Shown here piece by piece: positions 18,671-26,925 of a stretch of DNA of 64,000 bases. Made by a program: the position numbers and the translations under genes. Within the stretch, counting starts at the first letter, position 1, and each line of letters begins with the position of its first letter. Source of the DNA: an uncultured Gammaproteobacteria bacterium (GTDB taxonomy: Bacteria; Patescibacteriota; Microgenomatia; UBA12405; JAHJSD01); contig CAYRYE010000001.1 of the NCBI GenBank assembly GCA_964428655.1, positions 312,406-376,405 of the forward strand. The letters are read 5' to 3'. The notes under the pieces are model-generated. The model saw only the letters and a list, made by a program, of their open reading frames with translations, did no database searches and was not told the origin of the DNA.

Positions 18671-19556
18671 AAAAAGAGCTAAAATCAGTCTTAGTCGGAA
18701 CACTTGGCACCATATTAGGCGGTCGCCATTTCAAAGTTTAGCGGCAATCTTAATAATGTGGCTGAATTTCTTGATGGCCAGTCTTTTGGTAGTTCTGGTT
18801 TTGGGATTTGGGGTCTTGTTGAGCCATTTTGAAAGCAGACCTGAAGTAACTGCCTTTTTAAAAGACGATAGTACTAAAGCTCAGATTCAGCAGCTACAGC
18901 AAAAGGCGGCTGCTATGGAAGGAGTAAAAGAAGTAAGATTTGTTTCCAAAGATGAGGCTTTAAAAATCTATCGGGAGCAGAATAAGGATAACCCTTTGCT
19001 CTTGGAAATGGTTAGTGCCAGTATTTTGCCGGCCTCTTTGGAAATTGCCGCAACCGAACCCGGCTTTTTGGTAAAAATAGCTGATTTTTTAAAAGGAGAG
19101 AAAAAAGTTGTTGAGGAGGTTATTTTTCAGCAGGATGTGGTTGAGAGATTATCTTTCTGGGTGAAAACAATTAGAAACGGAGGCATTATCGCAGTGGGCT
19201 TTTTGTCTTTTGTTTCTCTAGTGGTGATAATGGTTATTATTGGCATGAAAATAGCCGCTCATCAGGACGAGATTAGTGTTCTTCGTTCTTTGGGGGCGGC
19301 CAATTTCTATATTCAGGGGCCATTTTTATTGGAAGGAATTTTTTATGGCATAACAGGGGCTTTGCTGGGTTTGTCTTTAGTTTTTGGTGTTCTTTTTTAC
19401 TTTCGTGAGCGGATAGAAGGCTTTTTTGATCCCATTTCAGTTCTTCCTCAAGATGTTAACCTGTTGGCAATGATCTTTGCCGGCGAGTTGCTGGCTGGGG
19501 CTATTTTAGGGCTGATAGCGTCTTGGCTGGCTACCCGGCGCTACCTTAAGAAATGA
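18663..19556 (+). CDS. ftsX: cell division permease-like protein FtsX
   Basis: Four-TM topology with a large first periplasmic loop, downstream of ftsE. Confidence 0.8.
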   Translation: MSKKRAKISLSRNTWHHIRRSPFQSLAAILIMWLNFLMASLLVVLVLGFGVLLSHFESRPEVTAFLKDDSTKAQIQQLQQKAAAMEGVKEVRFVSKDEALKIYREQNKDNPLLLEMVSASILPASLEIAATEPGFLVKIADFLKGEKKVVEEVIFQQDVVERLSFWVKTIRNGGIIAVGFLSFVSLVVIMVIIGMKIAAHQDEISVLRSLGAANFYIQGPFLLEGIFYGITGALLGLSLVFGVLFYFRERIEGFFDPISVLPQDVNLLAMIFAGELLAGAILGLIASWLATRRYLKK

Positions 19557-20767
19557 ATTTTAAAATCTCCTTAAAAACAAAAATCAAAACTTTGTTTGTT
19601 TTACTGCTGTTTAGTTTTAGTTTCTTTCCTCTAAAGGTAATTAAGGCCGATGAGCAATCTGATATGGATAAGTTAAATGATGAAATAGGGAGGTTATCAG
19701 AACAGTTAAAAGAAGCCCAAAATAAAATTGGCTCTTTGAAGGGCGAGCTTCAATATATGGACTCGCAGATTCAGTTGACGGTTTTGAGAATGAGTCAAAC
19801 AGCCAGCCAGATTGATATTTTAGAATTGCAAATAGAAGATCTTAGTAAAAAAATAAACATTCTTAATGTTTCGCTTGATCAAGTTTCTGCCTTGTTTATT
19901 AATCGAGTGGTAGAAACTTACAAAGCAGGCAAGTTTTCTTCGCTTGATTTATTGTTTTCCTCAAATGGTTTTGCTGATTTCTTTCGCAGGGCCAGATATT
20001 TGGAAGCGGCTCAAACAAATGATCGCCAAGTGCTTTTAACAATGGAGGAAATAAGGTTTGACTATGATAGTCAAAAAAAGGAAAAGGAAGAGAAGCAAGA
20101 AGAGTTGGAAAGACTTAAAAATCAGTTAGCTGGGCAAAAGTTAAAATTGGATGAGCAAAAAAAGACAAAGGAGCATCTTTTAATAATTACCCGGAATGAT
20201 GAGAAAAAGTATCAGCAGTTATTGGCTCAAGCTAGAGCTGAATATCAAGCTTTACAGGCAATTTTGGCTGGCAAAGGAGACGAGACCGAGGTAGGCGGAG
20301 TGACGGCTGGTGAGAGAATAGCCAATGTTATTGAAGGCGGTTCATGTAATTCCAGCGGCACTCATTTGCATTTCACCATTGCTGATGGTGGAAATCCCCT
20401 TAATCCATTTAATTATTTAAAAAGCGTGGGGCATGAAAACTGTTCTGGTCCGGGGGAGTGTAGTTCTGCTGATGCTTTTAATCCTAGTGGAAGTTGGGAT
20501 TGGCCGCTTAATCCGACAATAAGATTAACTCAGGGTTACGGCAGTACCTGGGCAGTGGCTAATACCTGGGTTGGAAGAATTTATAGTTTCCATAATGGGA
20601 TAGATATTACTGGTTCTTCAAGTGAAGTTAAAGCTATCCAAGATGGGATTCTTTATCGAGGCAGTTACACCGGAGGCGGCGGTTGCAGACTGCCTTATGT
20701 CCGAATCGAGCACAAAGACTCCAATATCTCCACCTACTACCTTCACATTAATTACGAAAAGGTCTAG
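19553..20767 (+). CDS. FtsEX-associated coiled-coil M23/LytM peptidase (EnvC-like) with an apparently permuted M23 domain
   Basis: Signal peptide, about 230 aa of coiled coil; C-terminal region has GTHLHF (HxH) before FHNGIDI (HxxxD) and ...YYLH. Confidence 0.65.
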   Translation: MNFKISLKTKIKTLFVLLLFSFSFFPLKVIKADEQSDMDKLNDEIGRLSEQLKEAQNKIGSLKGELQYMDSQIQLTVLRMSQTASQIDILELQIEDLSKKINILNVSLDQVSALFINRVVETYKAGKFSSLDLLFSSNGFADFFRRARYLEAAQTNDRQVLLTMEEIRFDYDSQKKEKEEKQEELERLKNQLAGQKLKLDEQKKTKEHLLIITRNDEKKYQQLLAQARAEYQALQAILAGKGDETEVGGVTAGERIANVIEGGSCNSSGTHLHFTIADGGNPLNPFNYLKSVGHENCSGPGECSSADAFNPSGSWDWPLNPTIRLTQGYGSTWAVANTWVGRIYSFHNGIDITGSSSEVKAIQDGILYRGSYTGGGGCRLPYVRIEHKDSNISTYYLHINYEKV

Positions 20768-20797
20768 TGGGAGGTTTTTACTCTGCTCGTGTTTAAA

Positions 20798-21337
20798 TTA
20801 TCTCTTAAGATCTTCTGGTTTTAAACTAGTGTACTTTTTTAACAGTTCACCGTAAACCGGCTCATCTTTCAGTGAATCTCTTGATAGATCTACAAAACAT
20901 TTCATCTTTTCTAATAAACTGAAGTATTTAGACTCATCCTTTACTAAAGGGTAATAATCGCTATTGTCGAGGATATCCGCAGCTTTAATTATCAAAGCGT
21001 CTTTTCCGGCTTTCAAACAGCGGTCGAATGTTTCTTTGTATTTTTGCTGTCCCTCATCTTTTATAGACTCATCGAAGCTATTAGCTTTAACAAGATCAGC
21101 AACGTTGGTGCTGAACAAACTTTCAATTTCTTCAAGCCTTGTCTCGGAATCTTCCAACAGATCGTGCAATAAGGCCGCGATAACAATTTCCGTTGAGTAT
21201 TTTTGGGATTCTAGATAGAAAGCGACTCTAATACTATGCAGGATGACAGGCTTGGTATTGTTGCCGGATTTCTCTATTGCCTTCACTAAATATTTAATCG
21301 CTTTCTCGATTTTGAGACTATCGTCATAACTTCTCAT
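20798..21337 (-). CDS. HD-domain (p)ppGpp hydrolase-like protein (SpoT/Mesh1-type small alarmone hydrolase)
   Basis: HSIRVA...AALLHDLLEDS motif typical of the RelA/SpoT HD domain; 179 aa. Confidence 0.55.
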   Translation of the reverse strand: MRSYDDSLKIEKAIKYLVKAIEKSGNNTKPVILHSIRVAFYLESQKYSTEIVIAALLHDLLEDSETRLEEIESLFSTNVADLVKANSFDESIKDEGQQKYKETFDRCLKAGKDALIIKAADILDNSDYYPLVKDESKYFSLLEKMKCFVDLSRDSLKDEPVYGELLKKYTSLKPEDLKR

Positions 21338-21512
21338 ACAAGGATGATAGCATGGCTTCGTTGAGTATCATTTTTTTGATACAATGACCCAGAATGAAAA
21401 ATGTTGTTAAGAGAGTAGCCGTGTTTGCCGATTTTTTAACCGGTGCCAGCAGGACCAAGGTAACAACTAGCCAAAAGAAAAAGTCCAACCAACCCCTAAA
21501 AGACTTGTTCAA
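21324..21512 (-). pseudogene. fragment paralogous to the membrane protein at 23150-23572
   Basis: About 55-nt DNA identity (about 88%) between 21443-21497 and 23347-23400; encodes WLDFFFWLVVTLVLLA vs WLDFLFWLVVALILLA; TTG start. Confidence 0.3.
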
Positions 21513-21695
21513 TAGGCCTTAGCAAATATGACTTTTGTTTTAGTAGGTTTTCCAGAAAAAACACATTTACCAGATTTCCCTTGATCAAAAGGAATACACC
21601 TTACCGTAGCTTTAATTTCATTTTTTATCTTTTCTTCTGCTTCAACGTCTTCCTTAAAATAAGCCAAAACAAAATTATTGTTATTTATTTCCTTT

Positions 21696-22955
21696 TTAAA
21701 TTCTTCCCCATGTCTTTACTTCTTTTGTTTTCTTTTTTCTGAAAGCTAATGCTTTTTCATAAAGACTTTCTTGAATATTCTCAAGTTCTTTCCCTATTTC
21801 TTTTTTAAGAACCTTAAGTTCAACAGATCTTTTCTCCCCATTATCACGACGAGCAATTGAAACAGTTCCTCCTTTTACTTCTCTTGGTCCAAGTTCTATT
21901 CTTAAAGGAACACCTTTTCTTTCCCATTTATAAAACTTTTCTCCTGGATGTTTATCAGATAAATCAATCTGTACCCTAAAATCATTTTCTAACTCTGACA
22001 AGAGTTCTTTTGCTTTCTTTATTACTAAATCCTTATCTTTTTCGCTTGGACAAATTGGGACAATCACAACTTGAACAGGTGCTACTTTAGGAGGTAAAAC
22101 TAAACCTACATCATCACTATGAACCATTATAATCGCACCAATAACTCTTGTACTCATACCCCAGCTGGTTTGATGACAATAAGTAGTTTTCCTATCTTCA
22201 TTCGTAAATTGAATACCAAAAGGTTTGGCAAAATTCTGACCTAAATCATGAGATGTTGCCAACTGCAAAGCTTTCCCATCTTGCATCATTGCCTCTAAAC
22301 AATATGTATCTTTTGCTCCAGCAAATCTTTCTGAATCTGTTTTAAGACCATCGATTATTGGTATAGCTAAAACTTCTTTTGCAAAGTCCTTGTAAACTTT
22401 TAACATTAAAAGCGTTCTTTCTTTTGACTCTTTAGCCGTAGCATGAACAGTATGTCCTTCTTGCCATAGGAACTCTGTTGTTCTTAAAAACAATCTTGGT
22501 CTTTTTTCCCACCTTACAACATTCGCCCACTGATTAAGTAAAATAGGTAAGTCGTTATAAGATTGAACCCATTTTGAAACAGTGTCATAAATAATTGTTT
22601 CAGAAGTAGGTCTAATAATAAGAGCTTCTTTAAGTTTCTTGCCTCCAGCATAAGTAACAGCTGCAATTTCGGGAGAAAAACCTTCAACATGTTCCTCTTC
22701 TTTCTTAAGAAATCTTTCAGGAATTAATAAAGGAAAGTAAGCATTGACGACACCTGTTTTCTTTATTCTTTTATCGAAACTCCTTTGTATTAACTCCCAC
22801 ATAGCATAACCATGAGGCTTAATAACCATCGATCCTTTACTTGCGCCATGTTCAGCTAATTCAGCTGTTCTAATAATATCTAAATACCATTGAGAAAAAT
22901 CTTGATCTCTACTTACAACTCCTTCTTCCTTTTTATCTTTATTTTTCATTTTCAT
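21696..22955 (-). CDS. proS: archaeal/eukaryotic-type prolyl-tRNA synthetase; the C-terminal domain continues in another frame to 21509
   Basis: Class II motifs; the downstream frame 21509-21715 encodes the ProRS C-terminal domain ending in the conserved terminal Tyr (...KVIFAKAY*). Confidence 0.85.
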   Translation of the reverse strand: MKMKNKDKKEEGVVSRDQDFSQWYLDIIRTAELAEHGASKGSMVIKPHGYAMWELIQRSFDKRIKKTGVVNAYFPLLIPERFLKKEEEHVEGFSPEIAAVTYAGGKKLKEALIIRPTSETIIYDTVSKWVQSYNDLPILLNQWANVVRWEKRPRLFLRTTEFLWQEGHTVHATAKESKERTLLMLKVYKDFAKEVLAIPIIDGLKTDSERFAGAKDTYCLEAMMQDGKALQLATSHDLGQNFAKPFGIQFTNEDRKTTYCHQTSWGMSTRVIGAIIMVHSDDVGLVLPPKVAPVQVVIVPICPSEKDKDLVIKKAKELLSELENDFRVQIDLSDKHPGEKFYKWERKGVPLRIELGPREVKGGTVSIARRDNGEKRSVELKVLKKEIGKELENIQESLYEKALAFRKKKTKEVKTWGRI

Positions 22956-23149
22956 AATTTAAAACTTGTTCGAGGATCAATATATTCAACTTTATTGTCT
23001 TCCTGTCGAACTATAGCTATTTTACTATATCCTACTACTTCAACAACCCCATTCTCTAAAAAGATCCCACTATTCTCAGGCATAGAAAAAGCTGTTCCAT
23101 GAAAGTTCGTTAAGATATTTTTGTAACCATTAGTCTTTTCATAGCTCAT
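22952..23149 (-). CDS. small hypothetical protein (65 aa) coupled upstream of proS
   Basis: Start/stop overlap with neighbours; no recognisable motif. Confidence 0.3.
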   Translation of the reverse strand: MSYEKTNGYKNILTNFHGTAFSMPENSGIFLENGVVEVVGYSKIAIVRQEDNKVEYIDPRTSFKL

Positions 23150-23572
23150 TTATTCCCGAGTTTTTCTATAAAGGAAAATTATAATTCCTAAAAAAAGGGG
23201 GCTAAAAATAAGTAAAGCATACTCTCCGTATGGATTCGGTTCGCCTTTAGTTATATCATGTAATGCTGCCCAGTTTAAGGCAAGAGTCACCAGTGCAGTT
23301 GCAACAAGAACTGTCTTTTTCATTGAAAAATTGAACTTGCTAAATCTTTTAAAAAGTGCCAGCAGGATCAAGGCAACAACTAGCCAAAAGAGAAAGTCCA
23401 ACCATAGCCCTTTGTATTGAATAATCTCAACATAGGAGGGGTCTCTCCATTCGTATCGCAGCCAAGCAAGAGGCCAGCCAACTTGGTTTATAAAATAGGT
23501 GCCAATAGTAATTGCCCCTGCTAAGAAAACGGAAAGAAAGGCTAAAAATGGAGGAACGACTTTTCTCATCAA
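23150..23572 (-). CDS. hypothetical polytopic membrane protein
   Basis: Four hydrophobic segments; source copy of the repeat fragment at 21443-21497. Confidence 0.4.
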   Translation of the reverse strand: MMRKVVPPFLAFLSVFLAGAITIGTYFINQVGWPLAWLRYEWRDPSYVEIIQYKGLWLDFLFWLVVALILLALFKRFSKFNFSMKKTVLVATALVTLALNWAALHDITKGEPNPYGEYALLIFSPLFLGIIIFLYRKTRE

Positions 23573-23679
23573 GATAAGTATACCTTTTTTGGTTTTACTC
23601 CCCCTATTGGACGTATTCAGAACCCGTAAGGTTGAGTTTGAAGTTACTTTACCTGAGCTTAAAAATAACCTTAGACTAC

Positions 23680-24042
23680 TTAGTTTCCAATTTGTTTAGC
23701 CTCTTTGCTAGCATTTTTCTCTTCAAGAAGCTCTATTTTTAGTTCAATTTCTTTAATCTTGTCATTTCTTATTTCAATCTCTTCATTCATAAACCTACGT
23801 TCCTCCTTGAGAATTACCTTGTGCTCTTTGTATGCCTCAGTCCTGTAAACAAAAGCATCTATTACAAAGCCCACAAAACTAACAAGAAAAACAATGATTA
23901 CTGCAGTCATTAATATAAGAAGAAACTTGTTTTGCTTTGATAGACGGTCAACCTGTCTTTGCACCTTAACCATCACGTCTTTTTTGTCTAGTGGTAGCGG
24001 TATCATTTTGTCCTCTAATTTTTTTTTAAGTACCATTTTCAT
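23680..24042 (-). CDS. hypothetical membrane-anchored coiled-coil protein
   Basis: Central TM segment, charged flanks. Confidence 0.3.
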   Translation of the reverse strand: MKMVLKKKLEDKMIPLPLDKKDVMVKVQRQVDRLSKQNKFLLILMTAVIIVFLVSFVGFVIDAFVYRTEAYKEHKVILKEERRFMNEEIEIRNDKIKEIELKIELLEEKNASKEAKQIGN

Positions 24043-24256
24043 AAAATCCTCTTATTACTAATATTGAACCTTTTTTTTCAACAGCCAAATCAAAGGATTG
24101 ATATTTATGAAAGTCTACGCCACCAAAAGAAACACCTTTGGCAAAGGTTACACCTGTTCCAAACGTAACACCGTTAACTTTGATTACATGCTTTGGGGTT
24201 AAGGAGTCGTCTGAATTTAGGCTAAAAATATCGAGAAATTTTTTTCTTTGTATCAT
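24026..24256 (-). CDS. small hypothetical protein with a Gly/Val/Thr/Phe-rich repetitive core
   Basis: ORF only. Confidence 0.2.
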   Translation of the reverse strand: MIQRKKFLDIFSLNSDDSLTPKHVIKVNGVTFGTGVTFAKGVSFGGVDFHKYQSFDLAVEKKGSILVIRGFYENGT

Positions 24257-24363
24257 TACTTTACTGACTTTGCATTAATTATTACCTGTAGTTTATATAA
24301 TAATATCACAGAAGCTGATAAAATAAGACAAATAAAGTTGAAGATGTAATGAAATGAACTACG

Positions 24364-24412
24364 AAGAAAAACTTGATATTATGATGTCATGTTTAAAAAA
24401 TGCTTCATTTTT
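24364..24412 (+). repeat. direct repeat copy 1 (about 45 bp, 2-3 mismatches) of the promoter/start region of the 26903 gene; encodes a truncated MFKKCF... start
   Basis: aaaaacttgatattatgatgtcatgtttaaaaaatgctt vs 26881-26919 aaaaacttgatattatgatgtcatgcttaaaaaatgctt. Confidence 0.7.
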
Positions 24413-24453
24413 AAATCTACTCTAAGAGGTAAAAAACTCAGAAGCCTCTACTT

Positions 24454-24840
24454 TCATTCAATTACAGGAAGATAGACACAACGACAACCATATTTATGCA
24501 CACACCTTTCAATTGGGAGGGGGTTTTTCTTAAGAGCGTGGTCTATTAAAAATATTTTTCCATCTAATTTTAAACACCTCCCACAAGAACTACTATCCGT
24601 TAAAACCTCTACCTTTTTGGCCCCCTGAGTTTTCATTCTCTTAAGTTGCTCTTTTTGCTTTCTAAGTTTCATCTTGTAACCCAACTCCCTCATTTGATTT
24701 GGATCTTTACCTTCCTTAGTCAGAAAATCAGCCATCTCATAATAAACTGTTCCCATTCCATAAAAATCGCTGACCTTCATCAAGTCGTTGAGTTTTTTGT
24801 TAAAACGACGCCATTTTTCGTCGGGGGCAAGTTTAGGCAT
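24454..24840 (-). CDS. Cys-rich (zinc-ribbon-like) small protein, partner of the upstream HEPN gene
   Basis: C-terminal CGRC...x17...C..YGCRC; 8-nt gap to the HEPN ORF on the same strand. Confidence 0.4.
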   Translation of the reverse strand: MPKLAPDEKWRRFNKKLNDLMKVSDFYGMGTVYYEMADFLTKEGKDPNQMRELGYKMKLRKQKEQLKRMKTQGAKKVEVLTDSSSCGRCLKLDGKIFLIDHALKKNPLPIERCVHKYGCRCVYLPVIE

Positions 24841-24848
24841 TTTGAAAT

Positions 24849-25403
24849 TTAATATTCTTCATATTTTTCTATTATCCTTTGCTTAGCTTTTTTTAACTCC
24901 TGTGGAGATAAGAAACTCTGATATTGCCAAATTTTCCCATCTTTTGAAAAAGCTTGCAGGTAGCACTCGCAATAAATCTTTGGGTTTATTACAACCCTAT
25001 CCTTATTTTGCCTCCACCCTTTGCTTATTTTGTAGTCGTATTCGATTTTGTGTCCTCTGGAACTTATCCACTGATGAGCCAAAATATTCCTCCAATCATG
25101 TAAAACATGAGCTATTTTCGAAAATTTTCTGTCTTTCGATTGTCCGTCTACAAACTTTTCAAGAAAAGTTCGATAGCCTTCCTTCCCACTTTTGCCAAAG
25201 AGTGCTTCGGATATAGTTAGAGCAGCTGCATGGATACCAAGAAAAAGCAAAGAAGTCTGATGATGCTTTATAGTTAAAGAAATCTCGTTATTTAAAAAAT
25301 TATTAATTGAGTTAAGAAGTGTTTCTATTGCCTCAATTGGTGGTCCGCTCCTTAATCTTCTCAGCCGCCTAGCTTTAGGTTCCATATGTGCTCTATTCCA
25401 CAT
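24849..25403 (-). CDS. HEPN-domain protein (Rx4H motif), candidate RNase toxin / abortive-infection-like
   Basis: HVLHDWRNILAHQW contains R-N-x3-H in a predicted helical context; 184 aa. Confidence 0.45.
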   Translation of the reverse strand: MWNRAHMEPKARRLRRLRSGPPIEAIETLLNSINNFLNNEISLTIKHHQTSLLFLGIHAAALTISEALFGKSGKEGYRTFLEKFVDGQSKDRKFSKIAHVLHDWRNILAHQWISSRGHKIEYDYKISKGWRQNKDRVVINPKIYCECYLQAFSKDGKIWQYQSFLSPQELKKAKQRIIEKYEEY

Positions 25404-25676
25404 GTCTCAATTCTACCAGAACCTCTCTTTTCACAAAAATTACCAATTTTGCAGGCTCACGGAGGAGAAAATCTCAAATAATCCAAAAAACTTATTAAAC
25501 TGGGCTTTTCTTTTATTGGCTCCCTTTGGTTGACTTATTCCGCAACCAAAAAATTGAGCTTGATGTCAACCTAGGAGATATAAAAATACTGTTTGAAAGT
25601 TTAGGATTGTCCCAAAACAAACCTGTGTTTTTTGCTCTTTAGTAAGCCTCTAGCTTTGCCTTTGATAATTTCATGG

Positions 25677-26402
25677 TTACTCCACGGGGTAATCTGTTTC
25701 TATATCTCCTTTGTCCATCATTTCCAATTTACACTCCTTGTTTTCTTCTCCAGTTGTGGGATCCCAACACTTGTAGGCAATAGATATTTCGTCGATAAAG
25801 CCACTGCGATTTTCAGAATTTAGGGCAATCTCGAAAATTACTTCTTCTGAGACATTCAGCAGGGAAGACCAATCCGCGCTTAATAAGCTTCCTCTCCATC
25901 TATCGGCCCGAGTCTTCCAGTATTGAATCTCATTAAGGGGGAAGATATATTCTGAAAATTCCCTTCCGTCACCCGTTCCTATTTGATTCTCTGATTTTAT
26001 ATGCCCTCCAAAGTTATTGGGGTTAATATATACATTCTCCCATTTTTCCAAAGCTCCGTGGTCAGTGCCTACTCTAACCAATAAATAACCACAAGCTACT
26101 TTAGATTTTTTTGTTTCATTTTTGGTAACAACTTTTTGTAAATTAATAAACCTTCCCCCACTAGCAAACATAGATTTTCTACCATCTATAAGTTTTACTA
26201 TTTTGCCATCACTTTCTGTAAGGGAATTGTAGGACTGTGAATCTGCAGGACATTTAACACTTTCATATGCTGGGGTTGGGACAGAAGGCACTTCCTTAGG
26301 CCCATAGAGATTACGCACTGCATTCTGTATGAATGCGCCCGCTGTGATAATGCCTAATGTTATAACGGCGACTAAGCCACCTTTAATAATATTTTTATTC
26401 AT
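25677..26402 (-). CDS. hypothetical secreted/membrane-anchored protein
   Basis: Probable start MNKNIIKGGLVAVITLGIITAGAF (signal anchor); no known motif. Confidence 0.35.
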   Translation of the reverse strand: MNKNIIKGGLVAVITLGIITAGAFIQNAVRNLYGPKEVPSVPTPAYESVKCPADSQSYNSLTESDGKIVKLIDGRKSMFASGGRFINLQKVVTKNETKKSKVACGYLLVRVGTDHGALEKWENVYINPNNFGGHIKSENQIGTGDGREFSEYIFPLNEIQYWKTRADRWRGSLLSADWSSLLNVSEEVIFEIALNSENRSGFIDEISIAYKCWDPTTGEENKECKLEMMDKGDIETDYPVE

Positions 26403-26679
26403 ATGTTTTCTCTTTCTTAACAAGGAACCCCTGTAATATCCAAAGTATTCCGATTGCAAACGCTAGTGCAAAAACTAGCATAAAAGCATCATGAAACATA
26501 TTTGGAAATTCTCTCCATTTTGGCCAAATATACATTATTGCAGTAATCCCACTTATTAAAAGAAAAGGGTAGTCTATTTCCCCTTTTGTGATTATCAGTG
26601 CAATGAATCCTGAAGATGCCAAAAAAACCAAGGGGCTAAAAACCCACCTGTCAGGCGATTTTTGCATTTTACTTGACAC
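26395..26679 (-). CDS. small three-TM membrane protein
   Basis: Hydrophobic 94-aa ORF. Confidence 0.3.
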   Translation of the reverse strand: MSSKMQKSPDRWVFSPLVFLASSGFIALIITKGEIDYPFLLISGITAIMYIWPKWREFPNMFHDAFMLVFALAFAIGILWILQGFLVKKEKTYE

Positions 26680-26876
26680 TTGACTTAGATACTAACTCAA
26701 AACATATTAAAATACAATTAAATTAAAACTAAGGGTTAGCTTGTTACCAGACTGTTTGTAGATTGGCATATCAAGACTATTTTACCAAGAATTGATAAAG
26801 CATGACAAATAAAATAAATATCTAGCTTTACTCCGGGACTCTCCGGCGAGTGGCCGGTATGGCCTATTGCCTGCAA

Positions 26877-26925
26877 AGATAAAAACTTGATATTATGATG
26901 TCATGCTTAAAAAATGCTTTTTAAT
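26877..26925 (+). repeat. direct repeat copy 2, the intact promoter/start of the surface-protein gene
   Basis: See copy 1 at 24364-24412. Confidence 0.7.
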
